A DNA stretch of 61,193 bases, filler included, from Hausera hauseri (Eukaryota), in NCBI GenBank assembly GCA_046269625.1. It is 9 parts of 9 records of this genome, joined end to end, with 100 filler letters (N's around TTAATTAATTAA, not from the genome) between each part and the next. Parts side by side here need not be neighbours in the genome. Positions count along the whole stretch, not along the records: positions 23,987 to 28,674 come from JBJURY010474799.1; positions 28,775 to 45,362 come from JBJURY010277728.1; 7 more parts are not named here. One strand, given 5' to 3'. The position numbers and the translations under genes were made by a program. Positions 23,987 through 37,700 of this stretch are shown in pieces. Below the pieces are notes generated by a model, which searched no databases, had not been told where the DNA came from, and was given only the letters and a program-made list of their open reading frames with translations. The stretch's first letter is position 1, and every line of letters begins with the position of its first letter.

Positions 23987-24366
23987 AATTATAAAACAAT
24001 AGTTTTGTACAGATCGCCTAACAGCCTTCAACTTTTCGGTGAACCTTGGCTATTCACGTTTTCTCAGTCTTCCGAACCCTGCCAGGTATCATTCAATCAT
24101 TATTTTACACATTCTATTTCTATATCATGCACATTCATTCAACATTTTATACATTCTATACAACCCTTATTTTATCAACCAGTACACACAGTGCAACCAA
24201 CATGAACACACATTTATACACATTCATACACACATATATACATTATATATATTTATATATATACATTATATACAATTTTAACTCCCCTAACTTCTCCACT
24301 TAATCTTCTTGATGTTGGCCGGATTCCCCAACTAATCAGTCAGGTTCCAACATTTCCCCCCTCCTT
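23987..24366 (-). mobile_element. Polypurine tract (24353-24366) and LTR start (24352) of dynein-carrying element, copy B
   Basis: AAGGAGGGGGGAAA|TGTTGGAACCTGACTGA on the minus strand; first about 35 nt shared with the LTR starting at 27173. Confidence 0.75.
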
Positions 24367-25900
24367 GGGGCAATCCGGTCTTTAAATATATCATCTTCCG
24401 CCCAATCACCAGGACCAACATGATCCAACATCTTCTGTTTGGTTTTATTCGGATCATTATCTTTTTCAGGTTTTCTTTTTTCCATTACATAAATGGCTTC
24501 CATCCCGAGTTTAATCCATCCAGGAGGATTTTGTATAGTTTTGACAACATTTATACCAGCAAGTTTCAGTCTGTCTATTGCAGGTAACATTTCATTGAGA
24601 TGCGGTAGAGCTTCAGCTAAATTAGTCCCACCTTTATCAATCGGAGCATTACAATTCATAGCTTCAGGTTCGTCAGTAAATTCTTGAGTTTGTGACGAAC
24701 TTTTTGGAGAGATACTTATTTTTTCAACCAATCTCGTACCTTTTGATTCATCCTCTAAATCCAAAATACTACTACCTTCTGAAATACTTTCGTCTAGTTT
24801 ATATAACTCATTTTGATTTGGTTCGGTCTTGTTTTTATCTACGTTTTTGTTAATCGCTTGACCAACAAGATTTTTCTCCTTTTCGTACACACTCTTCTTC
24901 AACTGATTGGCAGCATCAATCATTATTCTTTCTAAATTATCATTTTCTGCCTTATTTATTGTTTTATGCTGGGTTTGAAACATTTCATTCTTAGACGTTA
25001 CGTAATTATATTCAAGTAAGATTAACTCACTTGTAAACTCTTTGCACTCCGAATCACTATTTTCGAACTGTGAATTGTTTGTTACGTTAGAATCTCCGGT
25101 CACATTAACATAATCCTTAATTAATAAGCATAGCTTCAAATTACGATTAGTTATTACTCCAACTTATGTTTCCTCCTCCTTTTCCATTGTATTGTCTTTC
25201 GTAATTAGTACATCATTTTCCACCAACTTGTCATCTGAGTCTGAATTTTGTAGAAATTCATCAGCAGAAATTGAATTTTCAACATGTGATATTTGATCAA
25301 CAGGATTAGATATCGCTACTTCCTTTCTGGTTCTCGACAGAATATCATCATTGTGTTCTTGTTCACTTAAACATGTACCAAGTAATTTGTATTTTATATT
25401 TCTCACCAACTTAGAATCGTTCAATTTAAAATATTTTTCTTGAACTTCCATGTAATTCTCATCCTTAAGTATTTTGAAATTGCTTAAATTATTTGTTTGT
25501 CGATTCCCTTCAGATGATCCAAAATTAGTAAGAATGAAATTGTTGCTTTCTACTGGGCTACATTTACCTCTATTCTCCAGACAATCGATTCAGATGGTAC
25601 TTGATTCCTTTTCACCTACAGATTTATCTACTGAAACCTTTAAATTACTTTTAGTATTTGATTGATTTTTGTCGCCTAAAATATTTTTCCGCAGTTGTTT
25701 TGACACATAAAACTTGTAAATTGTTATGTATTTTATTGTTGTTAAATTCAGGAAAGACAGGAATATTTCTTGCGGCTTCGTCCTCGAAATTTTCCATTTT
25801 GTAAGGAGTAATGTTCTTCTTCTCTTTCTGCAGAACGATTCTGACTGGTGTTTGAGGACTACTTCCATTATATGAAACAACTTAGTTCTCTTGTAGTGAT
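24336..25900 (-). pseudogene. Copy B of an acidic low-complexity ORF ending in a truncated axonemal dynein stalk fragment (about 24412-24645)
   Basis: NLAEALPHLNEMLPAIDRLKLAGINVVKTIQNPPGWIKLGMEAIYVM..KMLDHVGP; collinear with 27153-28674. Confidence 0.8.
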
Positions 25901-26514
25901 TCAGTACCTAAAGTACAACATATTGTGTGTGCCAGGTTCAAAAAGATGAGTAGACATTAGTGTCGAAATATCTGCCCAACAGATACTATTTGATGAAGAT
26001 CTTAGTAAGATCGAAATATTAGAACGTTCGAATCCAGCAACATTATTGTTCTCTAAAAGGCATATATGTATAATTTATTAATAATTTTATGTTTCTCCTA
26101 AAGAACCATACTGATAACTTATAACATACTCTGCATATTCTTTGAAATTTCTAGGTTGACAATACGAACTTACTTGATTAGGACACATTACCGTTTCAAT
26201 TATCCATGTTTTCCGGCTGTGGTAATCAATTGTTTCATCTTCCGTCTTATCTCGTCGATTATTGTCGAATTGCTAACACCTTGACTTCTACTGACTCATT
26301 ACACTTCTCACCTAGGTTAGTATGACATTGCACTCCAACTCCATTTAACCAAGGGGCCATGGTTAGATTGTTGTGCACACACAGTACTCAATGGATAGAA
26401 TTTTGCTCAGAAGTGACATCACGATATTCAGGAAATTAATGCATGATATTCAGGGGAACGCCCACTGACTGCTGGTATTCAGATTCAGTCCGTTTTCCAA
26501 TTCTGAGTACAGCA

Positions 26515-27187
26515 TGTTCTGGTACCCCGCCTTTGTCTTTATAATTGTACCCGTAACAGTAAGGTTTTCAATTGAATATATTAGACAATTTTATTAACAT
26601 CATTTGTCATAACGAACTATATTCAGCTATGGTTTTGTAAATTGCGTAATTTACAAATATTAAACAATGATTACTAAGTCGTTCGGAGAGCATCTTGGAC
26701 CAATTTTGGATAGATAGAAGAATCAGAATGCCATGAATGAGGCGATTCATCTCACAATGGTGTAGACACATGTGTAGGTCATGTGCTCACCAACCTCTAT
26801 TGAATGTAATATTGCAGTGAGAATAATAGTGTATTAATAGAGACTGCCTCTGCTCCCTGGTTCTTCGAAAGCCGACAGGAATCATGACACTCTTACTGAT
26901 AATCACAACACTTTGCGCCTTCATATTTCCACACCTATATTACATTTTCTAGCACACAGGTTTTCTACAAACAATTTCCATTCTTCACAAAATTCACATG
27001 ATAAGCAAAATATATGTACAATGTACCTATATACAACGTCACCATTCACTCGCTCCGTTCTGTACATATACACACATGCCCACACACATACCCTATATAT
27101 ACTATATACAACTTTCTTCTTCTCTATTTCTTCTGTCCTCCGGATTACGCAACTAGTCAGTCGGGTTCCAACATTTCCCCCCTCCTT
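26515..27187 (-). mobile_element. Polypurine tract (27174-27187) and putative LTR (about 27173-26515)
   Basis: Purine tract ending GGGGAAA|TGTTGGAACC; AATAAA near 26591-26596; imperfect terminal inverted repeat GGTACCAGAACA at the distal end. Confidence 0.65.
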
Positions 27188-28674
27188 GGGTAATCTGGCC
27201 TCTAAATGCATCACCATCCACCCAATCTTCTGCATGTTGCAAATTTATTTGGGTTTTCTTCAATCTACCAATGATTTCTGCTAATTCGGTTTCGGCTTGT
27301 ACAAGTTTAGTCTTTTTTGACGCTACTACATTTGCAATACAATTGTGCGATTCCATCTCCAACATCCATCGATAGAAACCTTCAGTTGTCGGTGATGTAT
27401 ATAAAACTTTAGCTGGATCAAATTCCGAGTTAGAGATGTGTTCCTTGCGAAATTGTAGCATAACTGGAACCGGAATGTCATATTTTTCGTGTTCTCGTAA
27501 ATATGGGAAAAACTGTAGATCACTTAGAAGCTCTTTCGAAGGACCCCAATAATCGAGCATCTTTTGTTCGGGTTTATTTGGATCATTAACTCTTTCATAT
27601 TTTATCTCTCTCATTATACAGATGGTTTCCATCACGAGTTTAACTCCACCAGGTGGATTTTGCATAGTTTTAACAGTAGTGATATCAGCAAGTTTCTGTG
27701 TGTCTACAGCAGGTAATACTTCATTGAAATGTGGTAAAGTTTCAGCTAGATCAGTCCCACCTTTATCAATCGGAGCTTTACAATTTGGTATATTTCTCAT
27801 ACTTTCGGTTTCGTCAGTAAATTCCCACGTTTGTGATAAACTTTCCGGAGAAATACCCTTCTCTTTATGCAATCCAGTGCCTCGCGATTTACCCTCTGAA
27901 TACAAAATACTACTACTTTCGAAAGTGTTTTCGTCTAGTTTGCCTAACTCATTTCAATTTGGTTCGATATTGTTTTTGCCTAAGTTTTTATTAATTTCTT
28001 GAGAAATAAATTTTTCTCCTTTTTCGTCTACACTCTCTTTCAATTGTTCAGTAGTATCAATATTTAGTTTTTGTAAATTATCATTTTCTTCGTTATTTAG
28101 AACCCTATGCTGAGTTTTCAGCTTTTCGTTCTCAGACATCACAGAATGATTATCAATTAAAACCACCTTACTTGTAAAATCTTTACACACCGAACCAATA
28201 CTTTCTAATTGTGTATCACTTCTCATGTTAAATTCTCCGGACACATGAATATAATCCTTAACTAATAAGCATGGCTTCAAATTACGATTAGTTATTACTC
28301 CAACATGTGTTTCCTCCTCCTTCTCCATTGTATTGTCTTTCGTAATTAGTACATCATTTCCTACCAACTTGTCCTCTGAGTCTGAATTTTGTAGAAATTC
28401 ATAAGCAGAAATTGAACTTTCAACATGTGATGCTTGATCAACAGGATTAGACATTGCTACTTCCTTTCTGCTTTCGACAAAATATCATCATTTTGTTCTT
28501 GTTCACTTGAACATGTAGTAGGTAATTTGTGTTTTACATTTCTCACCAACTTGGAATCGTTCGATTTAAAATATTTACCTTGAACTTCCATATAATTCTC
28601 ATCCTTAAGAATTTTGGAATTGCATAAATTATTTGTTTGTCAATTCCCTTCGGATGTTCCAAAATTAGTAAGAC
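27153..28674 (-). pseudogene. Copy A: element ORF ending in an axonemal dynein heavy-chain stalk/microtubule-binding domain (about 27225-27775, inner-arm DNAH3/7/12-like)
   Basis: DLAETLP..ADITTVKTMQNPPGGVKLVMETICIM..DYWGPSKELLSDLQF..YDIPVPVM..EFDPAKV..EGFYRWMLEME..VVASKK is the characteristic dynein stalk-MTBD sequence; ORFs 27954-28454 and 27153-27905 are in the same frame, split by one stop. Confidence 0.9.
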
Positions 28675-28774
28675 NNNNNNNNNNNNNNNNNNNNNNNNNN
28701 NNNNNNNNNNNNNNNNNNTTAATTAATTAANNNNNNNNNNNNNNNNNNNNNNNNNNNNNNNNNNNNNNNNNNNN

Positions 28775-31700
28775 TTTTCGTGGTTTCACTATTCTCTCCC
28801 CCTATTTGTTCAAATTTTGGTTGTCAGCAAAGTGATCTGGTCGATGTTTCACTACTCCCACCTCCTTTTTGTTTAAATTTGGTTGTGAACAAAGTGATCT
28901 GGTTGTGGTTTCACTACTCCCACCCATTTTTGTTCAAATTTTGGTTCTAAACAAAGGGACCTTATCATGGTTTCACTATTCCCACCCTCTTTTTGTTTAA
29001 ATTTTGGTGGTGAGCAAAATGATCTTGTCATGGTTTCACTATGCCATCCAACGTAATTTTCGTTTCATCTGATTGGTCAGAGATTTTGACACTGAACAAA
29101 GCATTTTCTGATCTGCTCATGGTTTCACTTTTCCCACCCCCTTATTGTAGAAATTGTGGACCTAACAAAGTGTTCTGGTCGTCGTTACACCATTCACACT
29201 CCTTTTCGTTCAAATTTTGTTTGTGAACAAAGTGATCTTGTCATCGTTTCAGATTCCCAACATAGGCAATTTTCATGTGAACTAATTGGTCAACGATTTT
29301 GACAGTAAACAAAGCATTTTCTGATCTGTTTGTGGTTTCACTATTGCCACCCCCTTTTGTTAAAGTTTTCGTTCTAAACAAAGTGATATGATCGTGCTAT
29401 CACTATTCCCACCCTTTTTTGTTCAAATTTTGGTTGTGAACAAAATAATCTTCTCCTGGTTTCACTATTCCCAGCCCGCTTTCGTTTAAATTCTGGTTAT
29501 GATCAAAGTGATATCATCGGGGTTTCACAATTCCCACCCCTTTTTGTTCAAATATGGTTGTGAACAAAGTGACTTGCTCGTGGATTCACTATTCCCATCC
29601 CCTTTTTGCTTAAATTTTCGCTGTGAACAAAGTGATCTTGTCGTGGTTTCACTACTCCCTCCCTTTTTTGTTTAAATTTTGGTTGTGAACAAAGTGATAT
29701 TGTCATGGATTCACTACTTCCAACCCACTTAATTTTCATTTAATCTGATTGGTCAAAAATTTTGACACTAAACAAAGCATATTCTGATCTGCTCATGGTT
29801 TCACTATTCCCACCCCATTTTGCTTAAATTGTGGTTCTGAACAAAGTGATTTGGTCGTGGTTTCACTATTCCCACCCCGTTTTTATTTAAATTTTGCTTG
29901 TGAACAAAGTAATTTCGTCATGGCTTCAGTATTTCCGTCCCACTTAATTTTGGTGTAATCTGATTGTTCGCAGATTTTGACACTGAAAAAAGCATTTTCT
30001 GACCTTTTCGTGGTTTTAATACTCCCATCCCCTTGCTGTTTAAATTTTGATTGTGAATAAAGTGATCTGCACAAGGTTTCACTATTCCCACCTTACTTTA
30101 TTTTGGTGTAATCTGATTCGTCGGAGATTTTGACACTGAACAAATTATTTTCTGATCTTTTCATTGTTTCACTATTTCCACCCCCTTTTGTTCAAATTTT
30201 GGTGGTGAACAAAGTGATCTTGGCATGGTTTTACTATTCCCATCCCCTTTTTTGTTCAAATTTTGGTTGTGAAGAAAGTGACCTGGTCGTGGTTTTACTA
30301 TTCCCACCCTATTCTTGTTTATATTTTGTTCTGAACAAAGTTATCTGGTCGTGCTTTCACTATTTCCACCCGCCTTTTGTTCAAATTTTTGTTCCAAACA
30401 AAGTGATATTGTCATGGTTTCAGTATTCCCAAACCACGCAATTTTCGTGTGATCTAATTCTTCAGAGACTTTGACACTAAACAAAGCATTTTCTGATCTG
30501 CTCGTGGTTTCACTATTCCCACCCACTTTTGTTCAAATTTTGGTTCTGAAAAAATTGCTTTTGTCATGATTTCAGTATTCCCACCCCACGTAATTTTGGT
30601 GTAATCTGATTGTTCGCAGATTTTGACATTGAACAAACCATTTTCTGATATGTTCGTGCTTTCAATATTCCCACGCTTTTTTTGTTCAAATCTCGGTTGT
30701 GAAAAAAGTGATCTTCTCCTGGTTTCACTGTTCCCACGCCCTTTTACTTACATTTTTGGTTGTAAACAAAGTGGTCCGGTCGTGGTATCACTACTCCCAT
30801 CCCCTTTTCGTTTAAATTTTGACTGTGAACAAAGTGATATCGTCGTTGTGTCACAAATCCCACCCCCTTTTGTTCAAATTTTCGATGTGAACAAAGTGAT
30901 CTTGTCGTGGTTTCACTATTCCCACCACCTATTTGTTTAAATTTTGGTTGTGCACAAAATGATCTTGTCGTGGTTTCCCTATTTCCACCCACCTTTGTGT
31001 GTAAATTTTGGTTGTGAACAAAGTGATCTGGTCGTAATATAACTATGCTCACCCCCTTTTTGTTCATCTCTTGGTTGTGAAGAAAGTGACCTTGTCGTGG
31101 TTTCACTATTCCCGCCCCCTTTTTGTTGAAATTTTGGTTGTGAACAAAGTGATCTTGTCACGGATTCACTATTCCACCCCGATTCGTTTATATTTTTGTT
31201 TGTGAATAAAGTGGTCTTCTCGTGGTATCACAATTCTCGCCGCCTTTTGTTCAAATTTTGGTTGTGAACAAATTGCTCCTGTCATGATTTCAGTACTCCC
31301 ACCCCACTTAATTTTGGTGTAATCTGATTGTTCGCAGATTTTGAAACTGAACAAAGCATTTTCTGATCTGTTCGTGGTTTCACTATTGCCACCCCTTTTT
31401 CTTAAAGTTTTGGTTCTGAACAAAGTGATATGATAATGCTTTCACTATTCCCAGCCCTTTTTTGTTCAAATCTTGGTTGTGAACAAAGTAATCTTCTCCT
31501 GGTTTCACTATTCCCAACCCACTTAATTTTCCTGTGATCTGATTAGTCAGAGATTTTGACGCTAAACCAAGAATTTTCTGATGTGCTCGTGGTTTCACTA
31601 TTCCCATCTCCTTTTTTTTTAAATTTTGGTTGTGAACAAAGAGATCTTGTCGTTGTTTCACTATTCCTATCCCCTTTTTTTCATATTTTGGTTGTGAGCA

Positions 31701-34700
31701 AAGTGATCTGGTCGTGGTTTAACTATTCCCACCACCTTTGTGTTCAAATTTTGATTGTGAACAGAGTGATCTGGTCATTGTTTCACTATTCCCACCCCAC
31801 TTAATTTTGGTGTAATCTGATTGGACGGATATGTTGACACTGAACAAAGCATTTTTCGGCGCAGAGTGGGTTTCACTATTCCCACCCATTTATGTTTAAA
31901 TTGTGGTTGTGAACAAAGCAATCTGGTCGTGAATTCACATTCCCACCCCCCTTGTGTTTAAATTTTGGTTGTGATCAAAGTGATCTGCTCGTGGTTCCAC
32001 TTTTCCCACTCCCTTCTGTTCAAAGTTTCGTTCTGATCAAAGTGACATAGTCGTGGTTTCACTATTCCCAGCCCACTTAATTTTGGTGTGAGAAAATTGG
32101 ACAGAGATTTTGAAACTAAACAAAGCATTCTCTGACCTGTTCGTTGTTACAAAACTCCCACCCCCTTTTGTTTAAATTTTGGTTGTGAACAAAGTGATCT
32201 TGTCGTGGTTTCACTATTGCTATCCCCTTTTTGTTTAAATTTTCGATGTGAACAAAGTGATCTTGTCCTAGTTTTACTATATCTATCCCACTTAATTTTC
32301 GTTTGCTCGTGGTTTCACTATTCCCACCCCACTTAATTTTGGTGTAAAGTAATTGGTCGGAGATTTGGCACTAAACAAAGCACTTTCTGAGCTGCTCATG
32401 GTTTCACTATTCCGACATCCTTTCTGTTTAAATTTTAATTGTGAACAAAGTAATCTTTCCGTGGTATCACTATTATCTCCCCCCTTTTTGTTCAAATTTT
32501 GGTTGTGAACAAAGTGATATGGTCGTGGTTTCAATATTCCCAGCCCCCTTTTGTTCAAATTTCGTGGTGAACAAAGTGACCCGGTCGTGGTTTTAATATT
32601 CCCACCCCCTTTTGTTTAAATTTTGGTTGTGAACGAAGTGATCTGGTCGAGGTTTCACTGTTTCCAGCCCCCTTTTGTTGAAATTTTAATTGTGAACAAA
32701 GTGATATCATCGTGGGTTCACAATTCCCACCCCGTTTTGTTCAAATTTTGGTTATGAAAAAAGTGACTTGGTCGTGGTTTCACTATTCCCACCCCATTTT
32801 TGTTCAAATTTCAGTTTTGAACAAAGCGATCTGGTCGTAGTTTCACTATTCCCACCACCTTTTTGTTTCTATTTTGCTTCTCAACAAAGTAACCTGCAAA
32901 AGGATTCACTATTCACACTCCATTTAATTTTGGTGTAATCAAATTGGTACGAGATTTTAACACTGAACAAAGCATTTTCTGATCTGCGTATGGTTTCACT
33001 ATTCCCACCACCTTTTTGTTTAAATTTTTCTTGTGAGCAAAGTGATCTTTTCGTGGTTTAACTAGTCCCATCCCCATTTTGATTAATTTTGTTTGTAAAG
33101 AAAGTGATCTTGCTGTGTTTTCACTATTACCACCTCCTTTTTCTTCAAATTTTGGTTGTGAACAAAGTGACCTTTTCGTGGCTTAACTATTCCCACCCAC
33201 TTTTTGTTTAAATTTTGCTTGAGAACAAAGGAATCTGGTCGTGGTGTCAATATAAGCCATCCCACTTAATTTTCGTGTGATCTGATTGGTCAGAGATTTT
33301 GACACTAAACAAAGCATTTTTTGATCTGCTTGTGGTTTCACTATTCCCACCCACTTTTGGTTTAAATTTTCGTTGTGAACAGTGTGATCTGGTCGTGGTT
33401 TCAATATGCCCATCCCCTTATTCTTTAAATTTTGGTTCTGAAGAAAGTAATCTTGTCCTGTTTTCACTATTCCCACCCGCTTTTTGTTTAAATTTTGGTA
33501 GTGAACAAAGTGATCTTGTCGTGGTTTCACTATACCCATCCCCCTTTTGTTTAAATTTTGGTGGTGAACAAAGTGACCTGGTCGTGGTTCAACTAAGCCC
33601 AAACCCATTTTGTTCAAATCTTGGTTGTGAACAAAGTGACCTGCTTGTGGTTTCACTATTCCCACCTCCTTTTTGTTTTAATTTATGTTGTCAACAAAGT
33701 GGACTTGTCGTTGTTTTACTGTTCCTACCTCCTATTGTTCAAATTTTTGTTGTGAACAAAGTGATCTTCACATGGTTTCACTATTCGCAACTTACTTAAT
33801 TTTGGTGTAATGAAATTGGTCCAAGATTTTAAGACTGAGCAAAGCATTTTTTGATCTGCTTATGGTTTCACTATTCCCACCCCCTTTTTGTTTAAATTTT
33901 GCTTCTGAACAAAGTGATCTTTTCGTGGTTTAACTATTCCCACACCCTTTTTGTTTAAATTTTGTTTTTAAACAAAGTGATCTTTTCCTTGTTTCACTAT
34001 TCCCACACTTTTTTGTTTATATTTTTGTTGTGAACAACGTGAACTGCTCGTGGTTTCACTATTTTCACCCCCTATTCTTTATATTTTTGGTTGCTAACAA
34101 AGTGATCTGGTCGTAGTTTTACTATTCCCACCCCATTTTTGTTTAAATTTTGGTTATGAAAAAAGTGACCTGGTCGTGGTTTCACTATTCCCACTCACTT
34201 TTTGTTTCTATCTTGGATGTGAGCAATATTATCTGGTCATGGTTTCACTATTTCCAGCCCCCTTTTGTTCAAATTTTGGTTGTGAACAAAGTGACCTAGT
34301 CGTGGTTTCACTATTCCCACTCCTTTTCTGTTTATATTTTGGATGTGAGAAATGTTATCTGGTAGTGTTTTCACTATTCCCACACCCTATTCTTTACATT
34401 TTTGGTTGTTAACCAAGTGATCTAATCGTAATTTCACTATTCCCACCCACTTTTTGTTTAAATTTTGGTTGCGAACAAAGTGATCCTCACAAGGTTTCAC
34501 CATTCCCACCCCCACTTAATTTTGCTGTTATCTGATTGGTCTGAGATTTTGACACTGAACAAATGATTTTTTGATCTGCTTATGGTTTCACTATTCCCAC
34601 CCCTTTTTGTTTAAATTTTGTTTCTAAACAAAGTGATCTTATCTTTGTTTCACTATTCCCACACCCTTTTGTTTATATTTTTGTTGTGAACAACGTGAAC

Positions 34701-37700
34701 TGCTCGTGGTTTTACTATTCCCACCTTCTTTTTGTTCAAATTTTGATTGTGAACAAAGTGATATTGTCGTGGTTTCACTATTCTCACCCCCTTTTGTTCA
34801 TATATTTCTTTGTAAACAAATTGATGTTGTCATGGTTTCACTATTCCCACCCCATTTTTCTTCAAATTTTGGTTGTAAACAAAGTGATACTGTCATAGTT
34901 TCAGTATTCCCAACCCACGTAATTTTCGTCTGATCTGATTGTTCAGAGATTTTGACACTAAGCAAAGCATTTTGTGATTTGCTACTGGTTTCACAATTCC
35001 CATCCCCTTTTTCTTTAAATTTTGGTTCTGAACAAAGTAATCTGGTCGTGGTTTTACTATTCCCATCCCTTTTTTATTATATTTTGCTTGTGAACAAACT
35101 GATCTGTTCGTGGTTTCACTATTTTTATCCCCTTTTTCTTTAAATTTTGGTTGCAAACAAAGTAATCTTGTCGTGGTTTCACTAGTCCCATCCCCTTTTT
35201 TTAAATTTTGGTTGAGAACAAAGTGTACTTGCGTGGTTTCACTGTTCCTACCTCCTATTGTTCCAATTGTTGTTGTAAACAAAGTAATCTTTACATGGTT
35301 TCACTATCCGCACCCCACTTAATTTTGGTGTAATCAAATTGGTAGGAGATTTTAACACTGAACAAAGCATTTTCTGATCTGCGTATGATTTCACTATTCC
35401 CACCGCCTTTTTGTTTAAATTTTGCTTGTGAGCAAAGTGATCTTTTCGTGGTTTAACTAGTCCCATTCCCATTTTGATTAATTTTGTTTGTAAAGAAAGT
35501 GATCTTGTCATGTTTTCACTATTACCACCCCCTTTTTCTTTAAATTTTCATTGTGAACAAAGCGATCGGGTCGTGGTTTCACAATTCCCACCCCCTTTTT
35601 GCTTAAATTTTTGTTCTGAAAAAAGTGATCCAGTCGTAGTTTCACTATTCCCATTTCCTTTTTCTTTAAGGTTTGTTTGTGAGTAATGTGATCTGGTTGC
35701 GCTTTCACTATTGCCATCCCACTTTTGTTTAAATTTTGTTTTTGAACAAAGTGAACTGCACAAGGTTTCACTATTTCCACCCCACTTAATTTTGGTGTAA
35801 TCTGATTGGTCGGAAATTTTGACACTAAACAAATGATTTTCTGATCTGCTCGTGGTTTCATTATTCCCAACCCTTTTTTGTACATATGTTGGTTGTAAAC
35901 AAAGTAATCTTGTCATGGTTTCACTATTCCCACCCCATTTTTCTTCAAATTTTGGTTGTGAAGAAAGTGATACTGTCATAGTTTCAGTATTCCCAACCCA
36001 CGTAATTTTCGTGTGGTCTGATTGTTCAGAGATTTTAACACTAAGCAAAGCATTTTGTGATTTGCTACTGGTTTCACAATTCTCACCCCCTTTTTCTTTA
36101 AATTTTGGTTCTGAACAAAGTAATCTTGTCGTGGTTTCACTATTCCCATCCCCTTTTCATTATATTTTGATTGTGAACAAACTGATCTGTTCGTGGTTTC
36201 ACTATTCCTATCCCCTTTTTCTTTAAATTTTGGTTGCGAACAAAGTAATCTTGTCGTGGTTTCACTAGTCCCACCCCCTTTTTTTTAAATTTTGGTTTTG
36301 AACAAAGTGATCTTGTCGTGTTTTCACTATTCCCATCCCCCTTTTTGTTTAAATTTTCGTTGTCAACAAAGTGGACTTTTGGTGGTTTCACTGTTCCTAC
36401 CCGCTTTTTGTTTAATTTTGATTGTGAACAAAGTGGACTTTTCGTGGTTTCACTGCTCTTACCCATTTTGTTCAAATGTTTGCTGTGAACAAAGTGATCT
36501 GCACATGTCTACACTATTCGCACCCCAGTTAATTTTGGTGTAATGTAATTGGTCCGAGATTTTGACACTGAACACAGCATTTCTGATATGCTCATGACTT
36601 CACTATACCCACCCCCTTTTGTTTAAATTTTGCTTGTGAACAAAGTGATATTTTCGTAGTTTCACGATTCCCACCCCCCTTTTGTTTAATTTTATTTGTA
36701 AACAAAGTGATCTTGTCATGTTTTCTCTATTCCCGCCCCTTTTGTTCAAATTTTGGTTGTGAACAATGTGATCTGGTGGTGGTTTCACTGTTCCTTTCCC
36801 CGGTTTGTTTAAATTTATTGGTGAACAAAGTGAACTGTCGTGCTTTCACTATTCCTACCTCACTTTTGTTTAAATTTTTGTTGTCAACAAAGTGGAATTG
36901 TCGTTGTTTCACTGTTCCTACCCCCTTTTTGTTTAAATTTTGGTTGAGAACAAAGTGGACTTGTCGTGGTTTCACTGTTCCTACCTCTTATTGTTCAAAA
37001 TTTTGTTGTGAACAAAGTGATCTTAACATTGTTTCACTATTCGCACCCCACTTAATTTTGGTGTAATCAAATTGGTACGAGATTTTAACACTGAACAAAG
37101 CATTTTCTGATCTGCGTATGGTTTCACTATTCCCACCACCTTTTTGTTTAAATTTTTCTTGTGAGCAAAGTGATCTTTTCGTGGTTTAACTAGTCCCATC
37201 CCCATTTTGATTAATTTTGTTTGTAAAGAAAGTGATCTTGCTGTGTTTTCACTATTACCACCTCCTTTTTCTTCAAATTTTGGTTGTGAACAAAGTGACC
37301 TTTTCGTGGCTTAACTATTCCCACCCACTTTTTGTTTAAATTTTGCTTGAGAACAAAGGAATCTGGTCGTGGTGTCAATATAAGCCATCCCACTTAATTT
37401 TCGTGTGATCTGATTGGTCAGAGATTTTGACACTAAACAAAGCATTTTTTGATCTGCTTGTGGTTTCACTATTCCCACCCACTTTTGGTTTAAATTTTCG
37501 TTGTGAACAGTGTGATCTGGTCGTGGTTTCAATATGCCCATCCCCTTATTCTTTAAATTTTGGTTCTGAAGAAAGTAATCTTGTCCTGTTTTCACTATTC
37601 CCACCCGCTTTTTGTTTAAATTTTGGTAGTGAACAAAGTGATCTTGTCGTGGTTTCACTATACCCATCCCCCTTTTGTTTAAATTTTGGTGGTGAACAAA

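Noticed and set aside
27225-27775. Functional dynein heavy-chain gene
   Set aside because: No flanking AAA domains or splice context; fused to an unrelated ORF and followed by a polypurine tract and LTR
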